From NCBI GenBank assembly GCA_024137785.1, contig JAHRHZ010000062.1, positions 40,685,405-40,749,404 of the forward strand: a stretch of 64,000 nt of DNA. The letters are read 5' to 3'. Positions within the stretch are counted from its first letter, which is position 1. Every line of letters begins with the position of its first letter. The notes beneath the pieces were generated by a model, which worked only from the letters and a program-made list of their open reading frames with translations, did not search any database and was not told where the DNA came from. Source of the stretch: Ginglymostoma cirratum. Taxonomy: Eukaryota. Below, one piece after another: positions 50,968-64,000 of the stretch. The translations under genes were made by a program, and so were the position numbers.

Positions 50968-53899
50968 GTGAGTATCTCTAGCAGTTTCCTTGATCTTGTT
51001 CAATCCCATCTTCACCTTTTCCGATATTTTACTTGAAGTATAGCTTCCCATTGGCTAAGTGCATTACCTAAAGTGTACTGAACCATTCAGACAAAAGACT
51101 CCCATGTTCTAACCTATCTCTATGCTAACTTAGTTTATAGCTAACCACTGACTGCTGACATCATTAATCTATACCTGAGTAATGGGTGTACTCCTGGCAT
51201 ATTTAGAATATTGGATCTTGCTGGCATAACTGTTGTATTCCACAGTGGAAGATTGTATGACTGCTCTATTCAGTAGTACCTCAGGCAAATATGACGGGAA
51301 ATTCAGGAATACCGGGAGATTATATACTGTTCTATTCACTAATACTCAATGAGGTATAACTACTATATTTAGTAATGCAAGACAGGGTAGGGGATGTATA
51401 TTGTTGGCTCAATTGTATACCCAGCTATTTTTTGCTTTAATCTGTATAGTCTATTAGCATACAGGAATAGTTTTCCCGAAGTATGTGACTTTCAGAACAC
51501 TTGGCTGGGAGTGTAAAATCTAGTGATCAGGTAGCTCCTTGAGAGGTGTCACTCACTAGTAAAGGGGAGGCAGTGGTACGTGTGGAAAGTTTCACTCTAA
51601 CTGATGCTGGCCAGCAAAGAGACCTTTCTACAGGAAATGCAGTAACGTTAATGACTCTATTTAGAAGCAGGTAATTTTTCAATAAACGTAAGGTGGCACT
51701 TAAATGGAGGGAGGTTACTGAGTCAATGTAGTCTCTCAAGGACAAGTGATAATGCTACAGAAGTTTACTCCTAACACTTGTGTGGTACAACATCGCATTA
51801 AAGACAGGTTTCCTCTGACGAGTCCAGGTTCGTATGGAGGAGTTGATAAGCAGGCGTATATCTGTAGATCGACCTCCTCGGTGTGATGCACCTGCATTGA
51901 TTGTCCATCCACTCCCCATGAAGACATGGTCTTTACTTAAATCCATGTAGCCCTGTCTGACTTTCGTGTACGTTTCCATCTCCGCTCCCTTTTTTGATCT
52001 CCTTAAATGATAGCAGCAATGAATATTGAATTAAAGTATGAATAAGGCAAAAATGGTAAGCTGTCCAGCAAAATTAACTAATGTGTGGAGCAAACATAGT
52101 AAAATACAATTATAAATGCAAAATGAACATTTTACTAGAATGGAAAACTTGATTTCCCTTTAAGAAGCCAGTGTGATTGGGCCAGACCAGGCCAGTATAT
52201 GCCATCCATGAGGGTATGGTGGACACCTAGATAGAGGCCAATTCCAAAGTCACAAGATTAACTTGGCATGATTTACTGGAATATTCACCCATTCTTGAAA
52301 CATTGCTTCATTGTAGCACTTGGGATTGCATGTGAGCCCAAACTAAGCACCAGAGGGTTCAAGAACATTAACTTGGTCACTAGTAATGGGGGATAAGTAA
52401 TGGGGGATAAAGGCAATTCCTTTTCTACTGAAAGACTTTTAAGATTCTTCCTGGGTCATAGACTGCCATAAGCAATGATCCATGCCTGCAGTATCTATGG
52501 TGTCTCTACCAAATGTCCTACATAAATAGTAAAACATAAAACAAAGGGCATTCAGCCCTTTGTAGCAATGCTGGCTCTTTGAAAAACCTTCCCAATTAGT
52601 TCCATTCCCAGCTTCCTTTTCTCTCGAGTATTAATCTAATTCCCCATTTCAACTAAACATTGAACCTACTTCCATCAGCCCTTTCAGATGGTGCATTGTA
52701 GATCACAGCGACTCACAATTAACTGTCCATCAGCAACTAACTGGCACATTCTCCACAGCAACACCTCATCTATACAGAGTTTACTTGCCAACCAATCAGC
52801 ATGCTCTTTCTATACAGTATAAAAATGTCATTCCCCATTACATTGGTATTTCTGATTCATAGTCCTGATAACTACTAGATGAGAATTTTTTTTAACGGCA
52901 ATCTAATAAAATGTGTCCTCCTGACCCTCTAGTTCTTTTGCCAATTAACTTTAATCTGTGTCCATTTGTTACTGCCTTCAGCCAATGGGAAAAGTAGTCT
53001 CTCCTCATTTACTTAATTGAAATCTTCAGGGTTTTGGAACCTGTATTAAATCTTAACTTTCCCTACTCCAAGGGGAACAACTCAGCTTCTTTACATCACC
53101 GTGAAACTGAAGTTGCTCATTCCAAATGCTATTCTCAAACATGAGTATACTCCAAGATCATGTCACATTACTACATCAGTACTATCTTTCCTGACTATAT
53201 TTGATGAACTGTCACTGTTACCCAAGTAACTAAATAAAAGGCAGCCTATTCTTTGTTGAAGGATAGTCACAGGGTCTCCATTAACTCCTGTTGTTCCCAT
53301 AATCTTTCTACTAACAAACTCTTGTCCCGACTCCAATCAATGGAAAACATTCTAATTCCATTTAGACAACCTTATCACCCCCAAATTCAACTACTCTAGT
53401 TTATGTTTGAATGAGCAGTGCAAAGCACCCGTAAGGAAGTGGCATTGGCTGTTTGCATCTCAAAACTGTACCACTATTCAATGAGACTGTTGTTGATTGG
53501 CAACCGAATGCCATCTATCTGCCTTTTCCCAAATCACTTAATACCTCTGGTTAAGAGCATTTTTCAATCTCAGTTTTAAAATTAACTCTTCATCAAACAT
53601 CAACTGCAGAAGAGAGTTCTATTCTTTGACTGCCTATTTTGTGTAGAAGTAATTTCATTCCTAAAAGGTCTTGCACAACTTTTCAGATAATGTCTCCCGG
53701 TCACAGACTCCTCAGCCAGCGGAAATCATTTCTCTCTATATACTCTATCTGTTACCCAGATTGTGGTGAAAAATTTGATCAAATGAACCCTAATCTGTCT
53801 AAAATACAGACAATTTGGATTGTGTAGTCTCTGCCTGTGCTTCAACACTTCGATTTAGTATTGTGCTGGCAAAGCTATTCACTTCAAGACACATAGAAT

Positions 53900-54200
53900 G
53901 GGCAGCACGGTGGCTCAGTGGTTAGTACTGCTGCCTCACAGTGCCAGGGACCTGGGTTCGATTCCAGCCTCGGGCATCTGTCTGTGTAAAGTTTGCACAT
54001 TCTCCCTGTGTCTGTGTGGGTTTCCTCCAGGTGCTCTGGTTTCCTCCCACAGTCCAAAGATGTGCAGGTTAGGTGGATTGGCTATGCTAAATTGCCTGTA
54101 GTGTTCAGGGAGGTGTGGGTCTGGGTGGGATGCTCTGAGGTTCGGTGTGGACTTGTTGGGCCGAAGGACCTGTTTCCACACTGTAGGGATTCTATTCTAG
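53900..54200 (+). mobile_element. HE1/V-SINE, full length
   Basis: A box tggctcagtgg, B box ggttcgattcc, V-domain core (gggtttcctccaggtgctctggtttcctcccacagtccaaaga), CR1-like 3' tail. Confidence 0.93.
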
Positions 54201-54254
54201 AACATCCACAAAGCCAACACTGTAAACTGTACATAGGCCCAGTGCAAGCCTGCA

Positions 54255-55300
54255 TATAGAAATAGAACAACTTCAAAAACACCTGCTGTACTCTTAATTT
54301 AGCACATTCAGCATTTGAAAATATTCTAAGAAGCTTCATAAAGAATTATTATGTAAAATATGATGCAGAGTCACATACTGAGACAGGAAGTCAGACAAAG
54401 CTTGGTCAAGTGGGTACATTTTAAGGAGTGAAAACAGAAATTGCTGGAAAAGCTCAGTAGGTCTGGCAGCATCAGTGGAGAGAAATCAGAGTTAATGTTT
54501 CGGGTCACGTGACCGAAACGTTAACTCTGATTTCGCTCTAAAGATGCTTCAAGACCCGCTGAGCTTTTCCAGCAATTCCTGTTTTTGTTTCTGATTTACA
54601 GCATCTGCCGTTCTTTTGGTTTTTATTTAGGTTTTAAGAAGTATCTTTATAGGGGAAAGTGAGGTAGAGAGGTGGCGAGGCGTATAGAGAGGGAATTCCA
54701 GAGCTTAGGGCAGACCACCAATAGCACAGCATTTAAAATTGGGCTACTTGTGAGACCAGGAGGACAGGCTACAGCTATCTTGATGGGTTGCAGGGCTGGG
54801 AAAATTATGGAGATAGGGAGATTCAAAAACATAATTAACACTGAGGCATTGCTTCATGATGAGCTAACGCAGGCCAGCAAGCACAGAGTCAGGAGCAGTT
54901 GAACAGGATTTGGTGTGAGCATAGACACAGGCAGCAGATTGTTGGCTGAGCTGTAGTTTATGGAGAGTAGAATGTAGGAGACTGGCTGGGAGTGCGTGGG
55001 GATAGTCAAATCTAGAGGTAGTAGGGATGTGGCTGATGGTTTCAGCAGCACAGAAGCAGACACAGGAGTTAGACACTGTTACAGAGGTGGAAATAGTTGG
55101 CCATAGTGATGGGGCAGGCATCTAGATGGAAGTTTATCTTGGAGTCAAATACAAAACTAAGTTTGCAAACAGTTCGGTTTGGCATCAGACTGTTGTCACT
55201 GAGAGGGATGGTTAGAGAAGGGAGTTTGTGTTAGCAAACAAAGTCGATTGTCTCAGTCTTCCCAGTACTTAATGGGAGGAAATATCAGCTGAAGCAGTAA
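54255..55300 (-). mobile_element. Decayed L2-like LINE interrupted by a palindromic element
   Basis: Minus-strand PKLWNSL and SAANNLL...KSCS motifs typical of the L2 ORF2 3' end. Confidence 0.6.
54431..54625. mobile_element. Palindromic repeat with the CTGANGA box deleted
   Basis: About 75-bp inverted arms centred on ttcgggtcacgtgaccgaaac (54499-54519). Confidence 0.8.
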
Positions 55301-56131
55301 TGAAAGCTGACTGGAGAGGGATGGATTTAAAAATGGGATATAAAGATGGGACTTACATTGGTAAAGAACAACATGATCACGGACTTAAACTTACAGGTAG
55401 ATTCTGCAGAGATTCTACACTAACTCAGACAAGCCCGTACACAGACTAACAGAAACCCAACCAGCCCTTACACACTTGCAATACAAACCTCAACTCGAAT
55501 CCACACAGACTCTGAGATGGACCTGGCACAACTTTCAATCTAGACCCAGCAGAGGGAAGTGCTGGAAGATGCTATTTTTCCCACTGGTCTCATGTTTGCT
55601 CCACTAATCACCTAAATCTCTACATTATCTGACACACCCCCTCTATGATGGACAGCTGAATGCTTCAATAAATGCATTACTTGTTTTGGTTGACAGCAGT
55701 CTGATGGTGTAACAAGCCAATAATTGGAGGAGGCTGGATAAGGAATTGTTGCATTCCTAGGAATCCAGGACACACACAATCTATTCGGGTCATTTTATCC
55801 TGTAGGGACAGAATATGCTACATAGAATTAATTCAGTTCAGGAATAAATTAAATTTAAAATGAATGTTTTCACAGGAGAAGAGTTTAAGTGCCAAACAGT
55901 CAGATTTTGAAAGAGTTGAGCCTTTATGTTCCTAACTCTGAAGAATTCTTCTTTATGTGTGATACAACTTTCAGCTCTGAGTTTGTTCCAGCAATCAGAC
56001 CTGTTTCAGAATTGATCACAGGGGCTGCATTGTTGTTGGGATTTAGTTTAATTTGTATGAAATGTGCATGACTGCAAATCACTCAGTGCTAGCCTAGAAA
56101 AATCCCCAAAACACTCAGCACATCTGGCACA

Positions 56132-56280
56132 TGTCCCAGTGCCGGCTCTCACACACACGTCCCAGCGCCGGCTCTCACACACACGTCCCAGCGCCGGCTC
56201 ACACACACACATTCCAGCTCCAACTTTTGCACACTGCCTGCGCTGGCTCTCACACATGGCCCAGTACCGGCTCTCGCGCA
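56132..56280. repeat. Minisatellite, about 26-bp unit GTCCCAGCGCCGGCTCTCACACACAC
   Basis: Three near-identical units plus two to three degenerate ones. Confidence 0.85.
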
Positions 56281-57176
56281 AAGCCCAACAGAAACCCACA
56301 ATAATCCAAACACATGCCCAATACAAACCTCAGCGCAAATTCTCACACAGGCTCACAGACAGACCTAAATAAGTCAGCAAACTCCCTGATTTGTCTCCAT
56401 TCAAACAGTGCTGAGTACATAGTTTTCACTTGATGCAGACAGTGCACATCATGGTCTGTCGGGCTGGCTCCTCATGAGTTTTGCTCAAACACAATAGGAA
56501 CCCTTCCCCCATCCAGTCACTGGTGTAGTGAACAGCCCAGTCACTCCTGAAAGAGTTCTACAATGGAAAATGATTAATCAGAAGCTATCCATCTTAACTA
56601 CTACTAATTTCAAGATTGTATAATATATAAGCATTAATGCATTATAAGAAGAATCCATCATTGTAATATTGTACCTGTTTCTTTCTCGTGGGATTCTTTT
56701 AATTCAAATTATTCCCATTACCAGCAACAAACCTGTAACCAGTGGCCATTCTACCTGTTGCTGGCATTACACAGATCTGCTGACATAACCTACATCTGGA
56801 ACAACAAAATCTGTAACTGTATTGCTAAGTATTTTCACAATTTAACTTCTTGTTTGAAATTTCCGTGTGATTCATTTGTAGACTGTTGATGTTCAATAGG
56901 AGTTGGCTGGAGTCCATGTGATGCTGTGGCTGCTGATTGGGTACAGGATTGATGAGCATAGGGCTAGCTATGATTTCATTGTCATCCCCCATTCCAGTTT
57001 ATCAAAAGCCTGTTAACGTCCTCTGTCCAGCTCACAAATGGAGACGAGTCAGTGGGGTGAAGTGATAGAAGGACCTGAACCCTGAGACCAGTTACTACTC
57101 TCAGGAGAGGACTAACAAAACTGGAAAGGAAAGGAATGGTTAATTAATATAGTGATGTTTTTCTTTCCTTTTATAG

Positions 57177-57274
57177 GACTTGGCCTGGATGGTGTCTTTC
57201 TACATTCGTATCAGCCTGACTTACATCCCACTGCTTGGCATTCAAGGTTTTCTGTTAATGTTCTTTCTAGTGAG
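57177..57274 (+). CDS. FADS1: FADS1 exon 8
   Basis: tatag|GAC...AG|gtgggc, 98 nt; DLAWMVSFYIRISLTYIPLLGIQGFLLMFFLV(R). Confidence 0.96.
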
Positions 57275-57884
57275 GTGGGCCTCCCAATCAAAATGCTAAC
57301 TACATTATGTATTTGTCTGTTGAACAATTGCAGTAATTGATGCTGTGTGCCTGCGATTCTTTAACCATCCATTAAATGCCTGGCAGAATTGTAGCTATGG
57401 GGAACTAGTTGTGGTGAGTGGTCTTCTTGCTCCCTGTTTGATTTAATACATTTGAATAGGTTTGGGCAGTATTAACCTCTTGTTTATCTTGTTTGTTTAT
57501 TTTGTTTCTTTTCTCTTCTCTTTTTTTCCGCCAGTCTTTTACTTTCTTGATCATTACCTTTGTTTTCTCTCTTGCCATTTTCTCTGCCTGTGCGTTTGTT
57601 CCTCATTCACTGCCACTAATTATTTCTACCTCGCTGCTTATTTGGCACCCCCTCTTGCTCCCGACATTAACAGTCTCTAATAAATGAAAATTTATTCTTG
57701 TACTCAGACAGACTATTTACAGATTTATCTTGATCACTTTGTTCAACACTTCTACTTGCTGAAGCTGTGTCATTGATTTGTATGTTTGTTTATTCAATGC
57801 TGTTAGATGCACAGGACATCAACTTGTTCCTGTCTCACTGCCTGTTTTTCTGCTCTTCCACATTCCCTGTCCTGTACTGGGCTT

Positions 57885-58430
57885 TCAACTAAACTCGGTC
57901 ATGAGGTAGATGTTAAGGGGCATCTTAAAAGAGAAAGAAGATGTACAACAGCAAAGAAGTTTAGGGAGGGAGTTCTGGAGCTTATCGCCGTGGAATCTAA
58001 ATGCGAAGTCACCAATGGTAGAACAGTTGCAATTGTGGATGGCCAAGAGGCAAGAATAAGAGGAGCCCAGAGATCTTGGAGGGTTATACATCTGGAGCAG
58101 GCTACAGATACTGGAGAATGAAAATCATGGAAGGAGTTGCGAACAAGGATGAGAATTTTCCAATTCATGTGCTTCTGAATCGGAGCCACTTGAAGTCAGA
58201 GAGCACAGGTGATGGCTGAATTGGGATTTAGGACATAGGCAGCAGACTTATTTATTAGCTTAGTCCATGGACCATGCAAGATAGGGTGATTGTCAAAATT
58301 TCCCTGGAATAATCAAGTTTAAACGGAACAACGTGTTAAAGATGGTTTAAGCAGATGAGCTGTGGAAGGGGTGGAATTGGGCAATGCTACAAAGGTGAAA
58401 ATAAGTTTGCAGTGATGATCTATATATGTG
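57885..58430 (-). mobile_element. Decayed L2-like LINE 3' fragment
   Basis: ORF 57885-58091 (YNPPRSLGSS...STIGDFAF...KLQNSLPK...SSFSFK) is the L2 C-terminal motif. Confidence 0.7.
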
Positions 58431-61400
58431 GTCCTTCTTGAAGCCAGTTGCACAAGAAATTCACACAAACCTCTTGCAAAATCAACTTCAATGGAGTGGA
58501 TAATGTGTCCTGACAGCTTCACAGGCCAGAACCTATTTTGTCACCCTCAACCGAGCAACATTCCAAGAAGAAAACACTTCAAGATAATATTTGGAAAAGC
58601 GTATTAGTAATCATTCAGAGCCGTGACAACTCAGCAGTCACTGTGCATCATTCACTGAGTCCCATCATCTTAATAATAAGGTAAGATGATGGTGTATGAT
58701 TTAGAGGGAAAATTGGAAACAGTGGTATCCCCAAGCTGCCCTTGCTCTTCCAAGCAATGGAGGTTGCAGGTTTAGGATGTTAATTATCTAGCAATTGCAT
58801 TCAACTAAATTCACATTGCATGCATTAACTGCTAATGAATTTTGTGGCACAGTGGTAGTTTATGTTCTTACCTCTGGGCCAGAAGGTTCAAATTTCAGTT
58901 GCCTGGGAGATGTACCATGAAATGTCAAAACAGATTGATTAAAAATGTATAGATAGGAGGATTGGAGCAGCACTCCACTCAGCTGGTTGTGGTTGTGATG
59001 AGGCACTGGGCCTCCTTGCTCAAATGCCAAGTAATAACCATGGGAATAATCTAAGGGAAGCATTTATTCAATGACGAGTGATTTCACTGTTTTAGATGCT
59101 TTTCCCCTTCAAGAATGCCAAGACAGTCAGTCAGCAGTTACATGTGCTTGAACAAACAGGCAGTCAGCAGAACTTGTGATAGGAATGACAAGCTCTTCAG
59201 CCTAAAACCTTTACTTCAGACCTGGCAAAAAGTGCAATGAGAGCTAGGAAGAGTTTAACAGTTATCCACATTTGACTGACACAGAGTCCTTAGAGAAGAA
59301 GAATCTGTAGGGTAGCCTGGATTCAAGGTTCAGCTGGAAGGTGACTGTTTTGGAGCTCAGTGAGTAAAGTTAAAAATCTCTGTTAGGCAAGGGGGAATAT
59401 CTTTAAATCGACAATAATGAACTAGGTTGGGAAAGATAGAAGTCAAGAAAACAAATACTTATAATTCACAATGAGTGTCACTGCCATAGTGAACACAGCT
59501 ACAATATTGAAGTTGAGGGCCAAGGATTTAATTTATACTGATGCTGCAACACAAGGAATGTCATAGAGCAGATTTAATGTGACAAAATTGTAATTTAAAA
59601 GATAAAGAATATAGAATCTAACAGGAGATGAACAAAACATAGTTATCATCACTAATCAAAATTCAGGTGACAGAAACCAGCAAAGTTTGAGGGAGGATGC
59701 ACATGAGGGGAACCAAAATAAGGACAGTATAGCCCATTTGAGCTCACTGATGGATCTTTCACTGAAGTTGTTTTGACAGCAGAACAGTACACTGGACACA
59801 AGTTCAAGAGCAACATTTCAGTCTTTCAAAGATGAAGTGTCAATCCCAGGGACAGAGACGATGATAAGTAAGCAGCAATCCTCCAATAACTCAGCGATGT
59901 TGGGAAAAATGTCTGGGAAGACATCTACAGAGGATGAATGAAGACGTCCAATGCCCTCCACAAGTTGAAGTAAAGCTCTTGCATACCTCAACACAGATGT
60001 ATTAGCTGATTGAGAATGAAGATATTGTTTCAGAAAATGAAGATGAGCTGTATACAACTCCATGGAAGCCTATCCCATGTCCATAGGTTCAGGATATGGT
60101 TAAAAAGAAATTGCCTGGCTTAGAAATCAAGGATGCTGGGAGAAAATAAATCACTTGTCTCCAGGGAGCAGCGTTCTTCTGTAATTGACATTTGTGAGAG
60201 TGAAATTCCCCCAGGTGATGGGCTAATATCTGTGTTCCTCTGCAAAAAAATTTAGGAGACTAAGATTCCTCCAGATAGGGAAATGCTAAGTAACCGGCTT
60301 AATAGGGTGACATCTTCTATGAAGGATCTCCAAGAGATAAAAATCCTCCAGTGGAGAAATGATTTACAGACCAGTCAGGCTCAAGATCACAAACCAGTTT
60401 AACCCCAGTGCAGAGTTAGATACACCCTTCCCTTCTCAGCCACAAAACTGAAACCAATGCTGCAGTTGACAAGGTCATGCACAGGCCTTCCCACCACTGA
60501 CTCATTCTGAGTGGAGCCAGGAGAATAACAGAATCCTCACCTGCTACCTTCCTGCCTGATTCAATGTCCTCTTCTGAGCATTAAGCTGCCACAGGTGTGA
60601 ATGCTAAATTCTGCACAAAGAGACTACTGCCTCTGGTAGAGGAATGTCGAACAAGGTACAATAACCTTGAAAGTCGTTTGAGATCATTTGGGAGTGACAT
60701 CAGGAAGCATTTTTTCACATAGAGAGGATATCTTGAATTCTCTTCCTAAACGAGGTGTTGAACCAAATAGAGCTTTCAAGATTGATGTTGTTAGACTTTT
60801 ATTAGTTAAAAGGATGAATAAATAAGAACAAAAGATGGATAAATCATAGATTCAAAGAGGCCCTTCGGCCCATCACTTCCCATCAGGTCAAAAACAACCA
60901 ACCAACCTAACTGACTATTTAATTGTCACTCTTTGATCCTCTTCGATATGGCATAGGAATTACTACAACAGGAGAGACATAGACTGACTGTGTTCTATAT
61001 AAAGGAAATGAAACATACTGGCAGAAATTGACAGAAACCCAGAACCTTATGGCAACGACAGAACTCAAGACGGTCATCCACACAAACTACAAAAACCATT
61101 TGTTTCCAAGGCAGTGTCGTGCGATCATTTTTTTGCCCCCAAGGACAATCCATGCTGGAAGAAATTGTCAAAATAAATAGCCACAGCCCAACACCTGACA
61201 ACTCCAACACCTAACATTACATCATTTCCAGTTAAAAGTTTTCTTATCTGGAGTACCATCTCAACACATTGTACCTGGTTTGGTAAAGAAGCTCATGTAA
61301 GTGTTGGCAGAAAACAAATCTTAGTCTGGTCAAACACACCTAAAGCAGGAGCTGAAAGCCTCTTATTGGTTTTGTACTTAGTGACAGCATCAGTAGAAGG

Positions 61401-61516
61401 TTGCTGTACCAATGGGGTCTGTGTTTATTTGCCAAATTAGAGACTTTATTCAATTCGTATTTTATTGGAGCATATTCCTTCAGTCAGATCATTAATTTCA
61501 TGGTTGCTGTTTGCAG

Positions 61517-61613
61517 GTTTATGGAAAGTAATTGGTTTGTGTGGGTGACTCAGATGAATCACATTCCTATGATAATTGACCATGATCAGAAGGAAGACTG
61601 GCTGACCATGCAG
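61517..61613 (+). CDS. FADS1: FADS1 exon 9
   Basis: tgcag|G TTT...CAG|gtaaga, 97 nt; [32 protein letters not shown] (ESNW is FADS1-type; FADS2 has ESHW). Confidence 0.97.
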
Positions 61614-61839
61614 GTAAGAACCTAACTGTCACTGGGACACTGGCCTAAGTTGGCTGCTCCTGTCTGTTCAACACCTTTTCATGCACATTGCACATTGGTG
61701 TAAAAGCCCCAAATGTTGATCACACCAAACGATGAAACAGATGATGTGGTATGTCAGAAATCTAGTTCTGAATTTAAGAACTTAGAGGTTGTGGTGGAAA
61801 GGAATGGCTGAGAAAGGTGAAGAGTTCCACAGTCTTGGA

Positions 61840-62360
61840 AAAGCCTGTCCACCACCTACAGTCAGGAGCGTGAGGGAATACTCTCTGCTTGCCTGGTTGG
61901 GTGCAACTCCAACAGCACTCTAAAGGCTTGACACCGCCTAGAACAAAGCAGCCCGCTTGATTGGCACTACATCCACAAGTATCCACTCCTTCCACCACCA
62001 AAGCTCAGTACTAGTAGTGTGTACCATCTACAAGATGTATTGCGGAAATTCATCAAGGCTGCTTAGATTGCACCTTGAAGTATCATGACCATGAACATCT
62101 AGAAGGACAAGGGCAGAAGATAAATGGGACAACCACATCTACAACTCCACCCTCCCACCACATCCCTGCCCCGTCCCCCGTTCCCCACCCCACAACCTCC
62201 ACCCAAGCCACTCACCATCCTGACTTGTAAATATATCACCATTCCTTCAGTGTCACTGGATCAAAATCCTGGAATTCCCTCACTAACCAAGTTGTGGGTG
62301 TGCCTACACCAAATGGACTGCAGCGATTTAAGAAAGCAGCTCACTGTCACCTTCGCAAGG
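61840..62360 (+). mobile_element. LINE 3' end, same family as 19352-19915
   Basis: Shared blocks aagcctgtccaccacctaca, gtgtaccatctacaagatg, ccttcagtgtcactgg. Confidence 0.7.
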
Positions 62361-62954
62361 GGATCTGGTCATGAGATCATCTGAGGAATTAATATAAAAT
62401 AAGCATTGGAGGTTGTTTTGCCTACAACTGTGTGCCTCAGCTGTTGTCCTTATGGATCAGATGCCATATAAATATGTACCATGGAGTCCATGTGACAGAG
62501 AAATCGAAGATTCCATTACATTGTCTATGTACCTGAAGTTGCTGATACAAGCAAACTATGGTGTTTCGGTCATGTTCTAGCATAGGACTTACATTTGTGT
62601 GACAATTGCGCTAAAATCAGCCTTGTCCAAACTTGAATCACAAATTGTACTAGGTTTCCTGGGATTTGAGAGCTGTCTCAGTTTGGAGGCTGCATGTTGG
62701 ACATTGCTCAATGAGAATGCATGTACAGTGGGATATGAGGAATTTGGGAGAATCAGTGATATCCGTTATTTGGTCATTTGTGAGCTCTCCCCGAAAAACT
62801 GACCATAAAAGCTGCTGAGTTTTCATAAATAGAACTTGTCATCTGAAATCAATCTAACCTAAATGTGACTCCAGTCCACATGGTACTAAGTACAATATGT
62901 CCTGTGGTCATATCCATAACAACCCTGATTATCCCTGGTCCATATTTATTTCCT

Positions 62955-63090
62955 TGATTCTGACGAAGAATCACCGGACTCTAAACGTTAACTCTGCTTA
63001 CTTCCCACACATGCTGCCAGACTTGCTGAGTTTCCCTAGTAATTTCTGTTTCTGTTTCTGATCTCCAGCATCCGCAGTATTTTTTTTTTG
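62955..63090 (+). mobile_element. Half copy of the palindromic repeat class with a decayed hammerhead-like core
   Basis: ttCTGACGA-agaatc-accg-gactc-TAAACGTTaactc followed by atgctgccagacttgctgag...ctccagcatccgcagt. Confidence 0.7.
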
Positions 63091-63400
63091 TTTTATTTTA
63101 TTTATTTCCTTAGTACCTGACAGATAAGAGACTTCCATTTCATTATCCCGAATTAGTTTTGAACCCTCTTCCCACAGACAAATGGCCTGGCTCTGCAGAT
63201 AGCTCTTTGTTGTTTTCTTACCAACATGAATTAATCCATACAGCTGGTGAAACAAGAATTATTAATGTACCAGCGTAGGTATGCCACTACTGAAGGGGCT
63301 CACCACATTAGATGCAAGTTTGCTGTATTTAGGACCTGAGTCCCATAATTTATGACATTTGTAACAGTAATACACCACTAACTGGTTTGTTTTCTTATAG

Positions 63401-63480
63401 TTACATGCCACTTGTAACGTCCATCAGTCTTTCTTCAATGACTGGTTCACAGGCCACCTCAACTTCCAGATTGAACATCA
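63401..63480 (+). CDS. FADS1: FADS1 exon 10 (His box 3, QIEHH); exons 11-12 lie beyond the window
   Basis: tatag|TTA...CA|gtgagt, 80 nt; LHATCNVHQSFFNDWFTGHLNFQIEH(H). Confidence 0.97.
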
Positions 63481-64000
63481 GTGAGTACTGCCATCCTTCA
63501 ACAGGACAAAGGACACATGAGCACATCCTGTGGTGTTGGACTATGAATGGAGTAGAGTTGACTCTGGAACCATATAGTTATGATTAGAATGCAGAGGAGG
63601 ATGGTGCTGCGTTCACAATAACATAGATTTTATCTGTTTAATGTGCATGGTAGAGTCTGGTGATTATACATGGGTCAAACAGTTATGGGAGAATGGTTGT
63701 ATCATAGAAAGAGAGACAGGTGAATTGAATTATTTTTACTGTCCTTCTCTCATGTCTATTACATGGGTTCTGTTTCTCCCCTTTAAACATAGCTGGACAT
63801 GTCCTTCTCCAAACTCTTTTGCGAAGTCCAACTTTAAGATTACCCACAGAAAATTCAGTCGGGCTAAAGTAAAATAGGGTTGATTCAAGCAAGGTAGACT
63901 GCTTTGCAAACTGTAATCACACACATATATCCAAGAAAGAAAAGAGGGAAGTTTCAAATTACTTAAAGCCATTTGGAATTAATTCACATGAATTAAACAG

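Noticed and set aside
51815-51845. Additional hammerhead starting CTGACGAGTCC
   Set aside because: No complementary GGAC or GAAA box follows.
52382-52410. 14-bp tandem duplication AGTAATGGGGGATA
   Set aside because: Ordinary slippage duplication with no functional context.
53900-53975. tRNA gene
   Set aside because: The A/B boxes belong to the SINE head, which continues into the V-SINE body; the same applies to the other HE1 copies.
56132-56280. CRISPR-like array
   Set aside because: Units are contiguous with no unique spacers, and the context is a vertebrate intron.
59600-61270. RTE-like LINE relic
   Set aside because: Only one weak VKSF.YL-like motif near 61230; not enough to list as a feature without an alignment.
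29688-63480. Calling the desaturase FADS2
   Set aside because: Diagnostic segments ([51 protein letters not shown]) and the 129-nt exon 5 match FADS1.

Overview
Eukaryotic genomic DNA, almost certainly from a cartilaginous fish (shark), judged from HE1-type V-SINEs and abundant CR1 LINEs. Two spliced protein-coding genes lie on the + strand. The first is the last two coding exons and 3'UTR of SPTY2D1 (SPT2 histone chaperone; 153-2095, polyA signals about 3240-3330). The second is exons 1-10 of the expected 12 of fatty acid desaturase 1 (FADS1, delta-5 type; 29688-63480), which runs off the window end. The exons were reconstructed by hand from splice sites and remembered homology; almost all ORFs in the supplied track are spurious or repeat-derived. 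The remainder is dense with repeats: young and old CR1s, L2-like, Rex-Babar and Vingi/Ingi-like LINE relics, Tc2/pogo and Harbinger DNA-transposon relics, SINEs, microsatellites and one 10-N gap. Most worth a second look: palindromic repeats with a minimal hammerhead-ribozyme-like core; an obligatory GC-AG intron 5 in fads1; inverted CR1s bracketing the in-frame exon 3-5 block; a helically phased CCAAT array; and SPTY2D1 rather than FADS2 as the upstream neighbour. I found no convincing wholly new biological system, and the novel-looking items are hypotheses. Repeat boundaries are approximate and repeat family names come from recalled consensus motifs, not searches.
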